Below are positions 51,188-63,139 of a stretch of 64,000 nt of DNA, one piece after another. A program made the position numbers and the translations under genes. Under the pieces are notes generated by a model, which had not been told where the DNA came from, did not search any database, and worked only from the letters and a program-made list of their open reading frames with translations. This DNA is from Octopus sinensis (taxonomy: Eukaryota), in NCBI RefSeq assembly GCF_006345805.1, contig NC_043001.1, positions 49,972,001-50,036,000 of the forward strand. Direction: 5' to 3'. Each line of letters starts with the position of its first letter. Position 1 is the stretch's first letter.

Positions 51188-51734
51188 GGTGTAAACATGA
51201 CTGTGGCTGAGTGATTTGATTCTCAACCACATAGTTTCAGGTTCAGTCCCACAGCACAGCATGACACTCGGAATAAGTATCTTCTACAAGCTTTGAGTTG
51301 ACTAAAACTTTGTGAGTGGATTTTAATAGACAGAAGCTGAAAGAAGAGAGTGTGTGTGTGAGAGTGTGCGTGTGCATGCACACACATTTATGTCATATAA
51401 AAATATGTCTTCCCAGATTAACAATCAGTTACCTGATGACAAGCATAAAATTTTTGAAACCCTCACATCTAACAGCCTCCATACTTACAACTGACTATGG
51501 TGAATCCTTTGAAGTCACCATTCAAAACCTGCCTCATAGCTGGTCCAATCTACATTTCCAGAGTTTCTACAACTGACCAATATCAGAAGAAAATCAAAAA
51601 TTAATTTTCATATGAGGAATACAAAACTATACATTTGGCCCACAGTTAATTGAATCAACCTCACTACTTTACTTGTTACTGATCCAAGGACAACAAGTTA
51701 CTGCCGCAGGATTTAAACAATTGCTGACTAGATA

Positions 51735-52088
51735 CAGGGTGCGATGGGTAAATTGTCATTTTTATATTTCAAATTTTGCACATACACATTTTTTTTGATT
51801 TTGGTGACTACACAGTATAGTTGGGTCAGTCGGGTACCATCTGTGAGAAAGACAGCACCATCACACAATTCACTCAGCCAGAAATTTGGAAACAACATGC
51901 TGTACTGCTTGGCATTCAAACCAGAAGCTACAATACAAACATTTCAGAGTGTTTGGACATCAATCTGAGAACATGTACCAAGAGTGATAAAAATGAAACA
52001 TCCAGTCAACATCATGGTGTTTGGAGTGATCACTAGTGATGGGGACGTTATGCCTCCATCTTCCCACATGACCTCAGACTCAACACGG
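51735..52088 (+). mobile_element. maT (DD37D) transposon, left part, internally deleted
   Basis: TA-cagggtgcgatgggtaaattgtc start; collinear with the 53541 copy. Confidence 0.8.
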
Positions 52089-52422
52089 TACCAGATTTGA
52101 TCCCACTGCACAGCATCTTAGGCAACTGTATTTCTTATAACCTCAGAATGACCCATACTTAATGAGTGATATTGGGTAGGTAGAAACTGTATTATAAGCT
52201 GATAAGATGGATTACATCTGTAATCCAGAGGTGCAGCCTTGTCATAGATTCTATCACACTGATTCTGCCTGAGAATTGCATGAAAAGGTATATGTGTCTT
52301 ACTCAGACACTTATGTTAATTCAGAAGAAGATAGTTCAGTTCATCGAACAAGAGAATCCTCATTGTTGAAAGTGTGCACGTAGTGAAGATATTACATATT
52401 ACACACACACACAAATGTATAT

Positions 52423-52469
<47 letters not shown>

Positions 52470-52499
52470 GGGGGGAGACATTGTCATGGAGATAATATA

Positions 52500-52890
52500 G
52501 ACTTAAAGGTTTTAAATCTCATCCAGGAATTATAGGAACCTTTCGAAAATTTATTCACAATAACTACCAAAGCTGTAAAAGCCCAAATTGCAAACACCTG
52601 AACATATTTGACAGTATTTGAAAGGCCACTACTGACAAATCTGAATAGCCTATTTTGTAGCAACAACTGAAAGGCCGCTATTGGCATTAAAAATGAGGAA
52701 ACTCTGAATTTTCCATCCATTGTTTAAAGGCCATCATTGCCACAAAAGAAAAACAAGAAGTATGCACTTGGAGAGTTCATCCATCACTAAAGGGCAATAT
52801 TGTCGAAAGTAAACACCTCAATATTTTAGCACCAACTAGAAAGGCCAGCCATCACCCAAAGTGTCAAAAATAATTAGAACTGAATCTTGT
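52500..52890 (+). mobile_element. Possible Penelope-like GIY-YIG relic
   Basis: Stop-ridden frame with QSCKSPNCK...DKSE...WH.K.GNSE, loosely like a PLE endonuclease C-terminus. Confidence 0.25.
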
Positions 52891-53179
52891 TTGATGTGAG
52901 AAATTATGTATCCCTTTCTGTCTCATCCACAGAACAAGCCTAGATCCCTCATTCAGTAGATGTTCTACTTAACTGGATGTTAAGTCTTTCATGAGCAGTC
53001 ATCCAGTTAAGTATATAAGTATATGTGAGTATGTATATATATGTGTGTATATATATATATATATATACATATATATGCATATGTATATATATTTGACTTG
53101 ACTTGACACAGCATTCACCCAGGGCAGGTTGAGCTGGCTTCATTCATCCTCAATGCTGTATATTCATATATACATATGC

Positions 53180-53210
<31 letters not shown>

Positions 53211-53540
53211 TATATAACAAAGATGGCTAGACGCAATATAAAACCAAAAACGAAAATTTCAAATGTCACTAATACTGACACATAGCTAGAAACAAGAGTC
53301 AATGACCTTTATAGCCACCCACCCACCCAAAAAGGAAAAAGACACAGGTCTATGCACTTACAGGGGATGAACTAAGCAAAACTAGCTAGTATAGTGACCT
53401 CGCATGCCATGGGGTAGTTATCTCCCCTGTCAGAACCTAGACCTATGCTATTTTTTGTTGCTGTAACAGTCTTTGACTCTTGTTTCTAGCAATGTAAATG
53501 ATACCCAGCACCTTCACTCACTATTGTTGACAACTGTATA

Positions 53541-54404
53541 CAGGGTGCAATGGGTAAACTGTAGCCATTTTATATTTTTAATTTTGTGCATGCGTTTTGT
53601 TTGTTTTTGATTTTGTCAACTACACAGTATAGTAGTTGTGAGAAAAACAGCACTGTGTTGTAAATGACTCTGCCAGAACTTAGGAAATGACATGCTGTAC
53701 TGCTTGGCATTCATACCAGAAGCTCCAACAGAAACATTTCAGAGTGTTTGGGTGTCAATCTGAGTAGAGTACAATCAGAGAAAATGTACTCAGAGTGATA
53801 AAAAATGAAACAGCCAGTCAATATCATGGTGTTTGAAGAGATCACTAGTGATGGCCATGTTATGCCTCCCTTTATCTTTCCACACTGCCTCAGACTCAAC
53901 ATGGAAGCCTACATCAAGTGCCTGGAGGTGGTAGTGTTGCCCTGGGTCAAGAGGGTGGCTGCTGAAAGACCCTATGTCTGACAACAGGACTCTGCACCAT
54001 GCCACACAAGCAGGAGAACCCAGTCATGGCTGTCAGACAATTTCTGCGAACATATCACCACTAATATCTGGTCACCTAACTCCCCAGACTGCAACCCCCC
54101 TGATTATTATGTGTGGGGCATAGTTGAGCGAGAGACCAACAAAACTCCTGGTAACACCAAAGATGAACTGAAGGGAAGGATTATGGCAGCATTCACCAAC
54201 TTAAACAAGGAGACCATTCAGAAGAGTTGCAAGAGATTCCCAAGCTGTCTGGAAGCCAGTGGTTGAAGCCAGTGGTGATTTTATTGAATAAATTTAACTT
54301 TAGTATTTTAAGATATTTTTATGTAATTTTGGTAAATATATCTGTTCAAATCAGATAGTGTTATTCTCACTTATGTGTAATTTAGATGATAATTTATTCA
54401 CCAC

Positions 54405-54408
<4 letters not shown>
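53541..54408 (+). mobile_element. maT (DD37D, Tc1/mariner superfamily) non-autonomous copy with both ends
   Basis: TA-cagggtgcaatgggtaaac left end, degenerate right end; internal frame IMVF...SDGHVMPPFIF...QQDSAPCHTS...WSPNSPDCNPPDYYVW with exactly 37 residues between the last two Asp. Confidence 0.88.
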
Positions 54409-54439
<31 letters not shown>

Positions 54440-56842
54440 ATGCATGCACACACACACACACACAATTATACATATAAGCAGAGAGAAAAAGAAATTTCTG
54501 AATTTAAATTAACTCAGAATTCTTCATTTGAAGACTTTATCCAAGAGCTTAACATAATGTATTTAACAAAAATACAAACTGAAGATGAACCGATCATGTT
54601 AGCAGCAAGGGAATAAAAGAAGAATCCACAATGTAACACTAAATAAAGGGACAAAAACAACAGTGGAACAACAGCAAACAAGTGATTAGTCAAACATAAC
54701 TGACATTGGCAGAGAAAAACTGAGGAACTGGTAATAAATAGGTCTTAATTGTAATAAAACATTTATATCTTTTCATGTTGACTAGTTAGTAAAAGTATAT
54801 CAAACTTTTATTTGTGCTGTCTATCTCTCTATCCTTGGCTCTTTCTCTGTTATCTAGTTAGTAGGAGGAAGATAATCTCACAAGAACATATGTTTAACTC
54901 TAAAAAAAATAAAATTAGCCCAACCCAAACAGCTGCTGTCTACAAAATAAATTTTTCATTGGAAGAAGCAGCAAAAACATCAATTAGCAAAAGCCTGGTG
55001 ATAAGTTATAAAACATGTCTCATTATATTCTGGGTTCAAATCCATCTAAAGTCCATTATGTCTTTCTTATTTTTGAAGTTAATAAAGCAAGTGTAAGTCA
55101 AGTGCAAGGGTTGTTTCTGTCAATTATGAGTTCCTAAAGATTTGTGGTTTTGTATTAGAAACCTTTGATTATATATTAAACAGCTATTGTCATGTGTAGA
55201 ATGGTTCAGTTTTCAACTGAGTCTATTGTGAAGATTGATCAGCTTTCCCTGTGTGAAGCAGAACTGGTCTACAGTAGAAACCAACAAAAGAAAGAGCTGT
55301 GTAACAGGAAGTTATGATGTAGATATAAAGCAGCTTATGCCAACCTCACAAATAAATGCCTTTTAGCTGGAACCAGTAAAATATAGGCAAATCAAAACAT
55401 TATCGTTCACATATTCATGACAAAAAAATATTAACTGTTGCTTTAAGTCAGATCAATGGTTACATTGAGATCTCTCTCATCAATTTAAACAACACACACA
55501 CATATATGCTACCTCTCACACACATGCAAGCTCACACACTTCAGCACAAGCACATACATCTGGATTAACAGTAGCACTATATTTTGTACATAACTAAGAC
55601 TTCAACTAATTCTATGTAGTTGCTAAGTATGTACTCCAGTAAATAAGAACTGCAAAATGTTGTGTGTTCATGTTCTTGTGCCCATATCAATGTTTATCTG
55701 GGAGGAGTTATGCTAGCTTCAATCAGTGAATCCATAGCACAGCAAACAAAAATTTTCATAAATTGATGGATTTTTTTTTTATTACTTTAGAAGCTATTTA
55801 TACATTTTAAAACTAGGTTCTAAATATAAAATATTTTATATTGAGAATAGTATACTGTATCTTTTTTTAGTGTTGAACACCTAACAATTCAAATTTTCAA
55901 TTTTCCATTATAAATTTTTTTTAATTTTCAAAAGAAAATGAGAGACAGAGTTGGGGTACAAAAGCAGTGACCACCTACAAAAGGAGGTAGGGGTTTCAAA
56001 AGGTAAGAACTACAGCTCTGGAGAAAGACAGAGTGGTCATGGCTGGAATGCATTTGATCATAGGTGTGCTCAGTCTAAGTTGATCAGGTGAACAACAAGT
56101 AACAAAATCTAGAGAAAGGCCCAGTCCTTAGAGAAAAAGGATTAAGATTAATGATATAAACATCTCCAGTGAAATAACAGCAGTCAGAATCAACTCTTTC
56201 AGGCTTATTTACACTATACAATAATCAAAACAAGCCCACAATTTTATTTTTTAATCACTTAATCATAGAGAAAAGGACTGTGTTTGCAAGACTTGTGGAA
56301 AGAAAGAATGCATCCTTTGAAGAGTGTATCCTCAAATTGCAATAATTTCATCTCAGCTAAAGGTACTTAGGGAAAAGGAGGTGATGTTAACATGGCAACA
56401 GATCTAGCTGCCTCTTGCTTCTACAAAATGAATTTAACTTCAAGAAATGATTTGTAATAAATCAAAATTATTTCCCCCTTTGAGATTTGCTAATTGTTGC
56501 CACAAGACATTATTGTCCCCTTTTATAATTAAACCCTTTCGTTACTATATTTCTGACCAAAATACACCCCTTATGTGTTTCAATTAATTTCTAACATAAT
56601 CATAAATTTAGTCTGGTTTCATTAAACAACTATAACTTTTTTATTTATCAATATATTAATCTGATTTTTGGAAGATAATTTAATGAAATATTCTCAACCA
56701 ATTCTATACTATAATTTTTGTCACAAAGTGACTCTAATTGCAGGTAAATACAGGTAAATTCAACAAAATATAAAATTATTAAAATTTTGTTTAAACATCA
56801 TTATAGAAAATGGGTTATTAGCTAATTTTCAATTTTACGATA

Positions 56843-57569
56843 GAATTTGTTATTCTGGGTAACTTTCTGATACCCATAATAATATTTATGGCAAAATAGT
56901 CTCAATTTCATTTAAGGTTGTGGGAAACCACTAACTATCCTTTCTTTCGCTTTGTTTACATTTAGCGTAACGGTTCGTTTCCGCCGTAATGATTTCAAAT
57001 AGGCTCATTCGAAAAAGTAAAAAGAAATAGTCTAAGGCTTTATTCTCCTGGGAAAGTCTGTGGCTTGGTCCAGTTTCTTCAGAAAAATCACCGAAAGAAA
57101 CAGTTTTTAAATTTTCACTCCATTCAGGTGCCAATTCATTTTCTTTATCGCTGTCGGAGCTCTCGGATTCACTGTTTTCACTTTCGGAAAATGAAACATC
57201 AGATTCATTATCAAATACCGCGTGCTTTTTTTTTTCAGTCATAGAGTTAGATTTATGAAAAGTAAAAAGAAATAGTCTAAGGCTTTACTCTCCTGGGAAA
57301 GTCTGTGGCTTGGTCCAGTTTCTTCAGAAAAATCACCGAAAGAAACAGTTTTTAAATTTTCACTCCATTCAGGTGCCAATTCATTTTCTTTATCGCTGTC
57401 AGAGCTCTCGGATTCACTGTTTTCACTTTCAGAAAATGAAACATCAGATTCATTATCAAATACCGCGTGCTTTTTTTTTTTCAGTCATAGAGTTAGATTT
57501 ATGAAGGTCTTCAGTAGAAAATCCTTTGAATTCTGACTCGCTGCTTGATATAATGAAATTCGTATCCAT
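56843..57569 (-). pseudogene. piggyBac transposase N-terminal fragment
   Basis: MDTNFIISSSESEFKGFS...acidic tract...W...F....GP...LDYFFLLF...IITAETNRYA...WFPTTLNEI (frameshift) YFAINIIMGIRKLPRITN, then truncated. Confidence 0.85.
57015..57505. repeat. Tandem duplication of a ~245-bp unit
   Basis: Units ~57015-57259 and ~57260-57505 differ by only three visible substitutions and one T in a poly-T run. Confidence 0.97.
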
Positions 57570-58781
57570 TTTTTGTCAGAATTACAAATTTTAAAAACAC
57601 AATAGGAACAAATTTTGGAAAAAAATCTCCCAAAATTCACGGAATTAAAATTACACTTCGATTGTTGTACAAAACTGTAGTTGAACTGTTTACGAAGTAT
57701 AATACATGTTTTCACGAATGTACTAAAGAGATTTGCTCTGATATTCTCATTTAAATATGAATAGGTAAATACGGGCGGGTTTGGGCAGTTTGGTCACATT
57801 AAGCAAAATTTTTCTTTCGGGCGGCTTTGGGCACGAAAGGGTTAAAAGAGACAAAAAAGAAATTTCAATTTTTGAACATGGTATTCAGTACAATACACAA
57901 AGTCAATCTAAATTCATGTCATTGGTTCAGTTCAATCATTTTCCTTCATTTATTTTATTTTAAATTTTCCAGTAATATGATATTAATAAAAAAACAATGA
58001 AAATAAAATCTAAACTGACAAAGAGGCAAAGGAATATTAACACTGAATATAAACAGAACATTAAATTTTTATGAAGTAAAAGTTCAATTGAAAACATTGA
58101 TGTGATAAACACTATAAAATACATTTGCAGTATCAACAACAAAATAAAAACGTATGTTTACAACAGATATAAAAATTCCTACTGAATCATTGTACAAAAT
58201 CTCACATTGATGCAGACACTAGGGAACATCATCAAGTTTGGGTATAAAATCTGACTCGAATAGACATTATTAGTGTATTTTCTGGCATACAAGTCAAATT
58301 TTTCAGTCCAAAATTTACAACTACAAAAAAAAAAAAGAAAAAGGTCAACTTATATACCAAAAGTGCTTTAGAGGACCAAAAATTCCATGTAAAATGCAGC
58401 AAGATCTGGAAAGATAGTAAACACTGTTTAAATGTTTACACTATGTAGTGCATCTGCTCATGTGCCGGAAAATACAATACCCATTACTCTTGTCTAGTGG
58501 CAGACATTAACAATGGTATGCTTCCAATGTTTTCAGATAAGATCAGTCTACAATGGGGAAACAGAAACAATGAGAAATAGGTAGTCAGAAGACAATTTAA
58601 TTGCCTCCCCACCACCCTTTACACACACTCAGTGACAAATGACACAAACAGCAGTGATGAGTTGAAGTGATAAATTAAGTAGACACATATTACAATGGAT
58701 ATTTTTGGCTTTGAAAACGCCACCAACAACCCCACTGCTAAATAATATATCCAAAGATCTAGCGTTATGTAGTTTTATTTT

Positions 58782-59178
58782 GCTTCCTTGATAGCTCAGT
58801 GGTTAGGGCAGCGGACTCATAGTCATAGGATCGCAGTTTCAATTCCCAGACCAGGCACTGTGAGTGTTTATTGAGCGAAAACACCTAAAACATCACTCCA
58901 ATTCAAATGCTACTTGGGGCTCCGGCAGTGGGTGGTGGTGAACTCTGCTGTATTCTTTCACCGCAACTTTCTCTCATTCTTTCTTCCTGTTTCTGTTGTA
59001 CCTGCATTTCAAAGGTTTAGCCTGCATCATGCTGCATCATGCTGAATCTCCCCGAGAACTACGTTAAGGGTACACGTATCTGTGGAGTGCTCAGCCACTT
59101 GCATGTTAATTTCACAAGCAGGCAGTTCCATTGATTAGATCAACTGGAACCCTCATCGTAGAAACCAATGGAGTGCCA
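58782..59178 (+). mobile_element. tRNA-derived SINE type C, full length
   Basis: Head tagctcagtggttagggcagcggactcatagtcataggatcgcagtttcaattccc (A/B boxes), then body ...gagaactacgttaagggtacacg...gatcaactggaaccctc; reverse fragments of the same body near 24470-24620. Confidence 0.85.
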
Positions 59179-59221
59179 TGATCACACACACTTTTTTCTT
59201 TTTTTGACACATACAAACATA

Positions 59222-60841
59222 CAGTGGTGCCATCTAATTTAAGAACGCTAGTATTATATGTTAAAATGTCAATTTTTCTATACTCAAGTTGTAAATTGTC
59301 AATTAAGATGTATATCAAAATAAAATTTCCCAAGCTTTAATGTGATTATGCAACATATTAATTTTAAATTAAAAATAAATCTTAATTATCGTAATTTATA
59401 GCGCCATTTAATTTAAGAATGATTTGTAAAATTTTATTTTTTTGCTTTAAAAAGTTTATTAAGATCAATGAAAAAGTAATAATAAGCTCACACAATCAGT
59501 ATTTGGTTGGTTATCCATAATTACTCAATACAGCTTTGCATCTGTGAAACAGAATTGTTCAGATCCTTTATCACTGTTCCTGAGATTTTTTTATCCAATT
59601 TTGGCTAATAATGTTTTAAAAAAAAAAAGTCCTTATTCTTTGATTTATTACTTTGCATAGCTCTACCCAACCTTTGCCAAAGAATTTTGATGGGATTTAG
59701 GTCGGGCAACTGTACCAGCCACTGCATCAACAGAACCCTCTTAGACCTAATGTAATCTCTCAGTAGGTGCAAGGTGTGCTTTGGGTCATTGTCATGCTGG
59801 AAAGTCCAAGGTCAGCCCAAATGCTTTTGGGCATATGGAAGCATAGTCTTATCCAATATTTCTAGATAGGACTTACTATCCATAATGCCCTTGATTCAGA
59901 TTATAGGACCAACGCCTTTTCCAAACATGCACCCCCAACACCATCACACTTCCACCACCGTGCTTAATTGTAGGTTGGATGTATTTTTGATGATATTCTT
60001 TGCCTATACACCTTCTTACATGCTTCCTGCCATCATTGCCAAACAAGTTGAACTTTGATTCGTCTGACCACAACACATTCGACCAATCTGCTGGACTCCA
60101 ATTCAAATGCTCTTTTGTGAACTGTATTTGGGCATATCGATTTTTTAAAGAAAAGTATGGCTTTTGTAAGAGACTTTTCCTAGAAGTTCAAATTCTTTGA
60201 GACAATTTTTTATGGTGGATACTCCAATGGTAAGTCCATATTTTTGCTGAATTTCTTTTAAAATGTCGACAGCAGTCATTTTGCATTTTTTAGGGTCAGT
60301 CTATAAATGTATCTATCCATTCTTGGCATTGTTTTTCTTGGTTGCCCAGGAAGAGAGTGATCTATATAATCAGTTTATTTACAAAAATGGACAGCATTGT
60401 AGACAGCCGTTTTAGAGCATCCAACATCATTTGAAATAACTTTATATGAACACATTTCAGCCTATTAAGCTGAACAAACCTTCTCTCTGGTTTCTGATGT
60501 CAAGTTTTGTTTCTTACCCACCACAACTATTAAGTAACTTAAAAATTGTAACAGTCTGCAAATTATCCTACCTTTATATTAGTCAATAAGGCAAAAAAAA
60601 AATGGAATTTTGCAAATCCTTAAATGAAGTGGCAACGTAAATTATACAAAATAAAGTTTATTTTTAATTTAAAATTAATATGTTGATTAATTTTATGTTG
60701 TAAAGTTGTATACCATATTAAAGCTCGTGAAATTTTCTTTATTTTGATATACATCTTAATTCACAATTTACAAGTTGAATATATAAGAAATGCCATTTTA
60801 GTATTAGTATACTAGCGTTCTTAAATCAAATGGTACCACTA
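59222..60841 (-). mobile_element. Tc1 (DD34E) DNA transposon, near full length, long TIRs
   Basis: TA-cagtggtgccatctaatttaagaacgctagt...actagcgttcttaaatcaaatggtaccacta-TA; inverted homology extends ~170 bp. Confidence 0.92.
59496..60521 (-). pseudogene. Tc1 transposase pseudogene
   Basis: GKKQNLTSETR (HTH start), PGQPRKT, WSDESKF, KHGGGSVMV, FQHDNDPKHT, PDLNPIK (34 residues after the second Asp; E->K), ending PTKY*; contains stops and frameshifts. Confidence 0.92.
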
Positions 60842-61013
60842 TAAACGTAAAAGCATGACCACAGCTGCATGGCTGAAACAAGTAAAAGAGAATAGCTTTT
60901 TGCCAGTTTTGACAATAACTGTTCTGTTTGATCAATGAAATGGGCTATTAATTGAATTGTAATGTCAGTGAATCAATATTCCAGACAAATGTAATCTTAA
61001 CCCTTTTGATACC

Positions 61014-61244
61014 TATTTCTTTATTACCCACAAGGGGCTAAACATAGAGGGGACAAACAAGGACAGACATAGGTATTAAGTCGATTACATCGACCCCAGT
61101 GCGTAACTGGTACTTAATTTATCGACCCCGAAAGGATGACAGGCAAAGGCAACCTCGGCGGAATTTGAACTCACAATGTTGCGCCAGAGGAAATACTGCT
61201 AAGCATTTCGCCTGGCACGCTAATGTTTCTGCCAGCTCGCCGCC
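61014..61244 (-). mobile_element. SINE type B, full length, 10-bp TSD, inserted in a TTAA-ccctt MITE
   Basis: ttttgatacc at 61004-61013 and 61245-61254; host begins ttaacccttttgatacc and continues aacatacctcagaccacccct. Confidence 0.92.
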
Positions 61245-62248
61245 TTTTGATACCAACATACCTCAGACCACCCCTAGTCCTAAGATACAAATTTCCTGTT
61301 TTTAAGTGATTGAATTTAAAACCCTCCAAAATTTCATCTTAATTTTGTTCCAGACACTGGACTAGCATGCCTCATCAAAGACATAAATGATAAATACTGC
61401 ATACCTCAAAAAGGTAATGCATGGCTATGCTTTCCATAAATTTAAGGGGGATGCTAATATTACCACGAAGTGTAGTTTCTCTAGTCACATTTCAAAAGCT
61501 ATACTTTTGTATTACAAGAGCAGGAGATAACTACAAAATACCTAACAAACAAAAGTAAGAGTGAAGCCCTTACACCCCTGCAATGCAACTGAAAATATGG
61601 ATTATGTCACATTCCTATAAAAGATTACATGTGATCAGCAGCTGCCCAAAAATGTCATCAAGGTATTATCTCTCAACACAGCATGAGGTTGTTGATAAGA
61701 CACTGCCACCCAACAAAAAAACTGTTCTGGGATAAATAGAGACAATGCTGCTGTTTACAAATACTTAGATGCATTATCAATACGAAGCATATCAAAGAAA
61801 CGTTCTTACAAAACTTCTAGGACCAACATCAGATATTTCAAGCTTGAAAGACAAAAGTTATGTACAGTCATAGAGGTACAGCAGAAGTGAATAGTTCTTC
61901 CAAAATCAATGAGAAGGAGAATATGGACAACTGCTCCAAAACCTGCAACTTATCTACCCATGATTAAAAATTCACATTCATGGCAATAATTAGTGGGGAA
62001 CTTTGTCAATATTTCAATAACAATTTCAGAAAGAGTTTTCAGATAAAGTAACCAGCTAACAACCATTTTACAATACAATCTGTAAGCAAAAGAGTAACAT
62101 TTATTGTTTTTTGTTATCCTAGTTCCAACAATAGAACTTTGTCTTCTTGTTAAGATACCAGTCCCTTCTTTGCAGGAAAGATTGAAATAATATATAAAAA
62201 AAAAAGTCTGCCCATCCATCCATTAATCCATATATATATACTCTGTCT

Positions 62249-62285
<37 letters not shown>

Positions 62286-63139
62286 AATACATTACAATAT
62301 TCGTTAGAGTAGAGAAATGTTGTAAGAGTTAGGCAAAGGTTGATAATCAATAGAAAACCTGAAAAGGAGGAAGAAAGATCTGTCCTAAGCAGGTTGCTTC
62401 TTAACAGAATGGGATGTATGATGTACATAATATTAGAGACCATATCTAATCAATGTCAATATAGGGAATAATAATAGCAATGAAGGTTTGTGAATGTCAA
62501 TGTTTAAAACATGAGCTCAAGTGTTTCTGTCAATGAATGGGATGAACATAAGATATTTTGAAGTGTGGTGAGGATGGCGAAAAGATTGTATTATCAGTCA
62601 GTAGCACATACACACATTGTACTGGTGTACTTATGTATACATAACATATGTGTATATATATGTGAGTGTACAGAAATGTACATGTGAAAATAACAGTGTG
62701 AGTGTGTATATGTACATTACTGAATATGTGTGTGTACACTACTGAGTAGATATGTACAAGTACCTGTGTATATTATTGCATGTGTATGTAAGCAAATATG
62801 GAAGTAGTTATGAGATAAATACAATTAGGCTTGATATAAATGTATTTACATGGAGATCAAGCTTAATTTTGTTAGTTTCTATTACTGCCTCCATATCAGT
62901 TTGGGCTGGATTTCTCTTATAGCCACTTTTGATAGCAAGAGCCTTGCCTTGTATGAAGAATTCAGAGTTTAATTTTTAAATCCTTTTTAGCATTATCATG
63001 CATTTTCTATACCATGCATACCCAGCTCCCACCTATTGTCTCTAAATATATATGAGTACATATGTGAAACAATCCCTGTGTGAGATATTGTGTTTGTAAA
63101 TGTGTACACATTACTGTGTGTGTGTATACATATGCAAGT

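Larger units (their letters stand above)
56534..57841 (-). mobile_element. piggyBac-family transposon, internally deleted
   Basis: TIRs ccctttcgt / acgaaaggg; TTAA at 56529-56532 (one extra A before the TIR) and 57842-57845; N-terminal transposase relic inside. Confidence 0.85.

Noticed and set aside
54408-54462. (TG)n-GCATGC-(CA)n palindrome
   Set aside because: A common microsatellite juxtaposition in this genome; not distinctive on its own.
58782-58857. tRNA-Met-like gene (apparent CAT anticodon)
   Set aside because: Acceptor and T stems pair poorly and the sequence runs straight into a SINE body; it is a decayed SINE head.
61790-61960. Possible Gypsy integrase-proximal relic (IVLPKSMRRRIW)
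   Set aside because: One short motif only; no other pol or LTR evidence.
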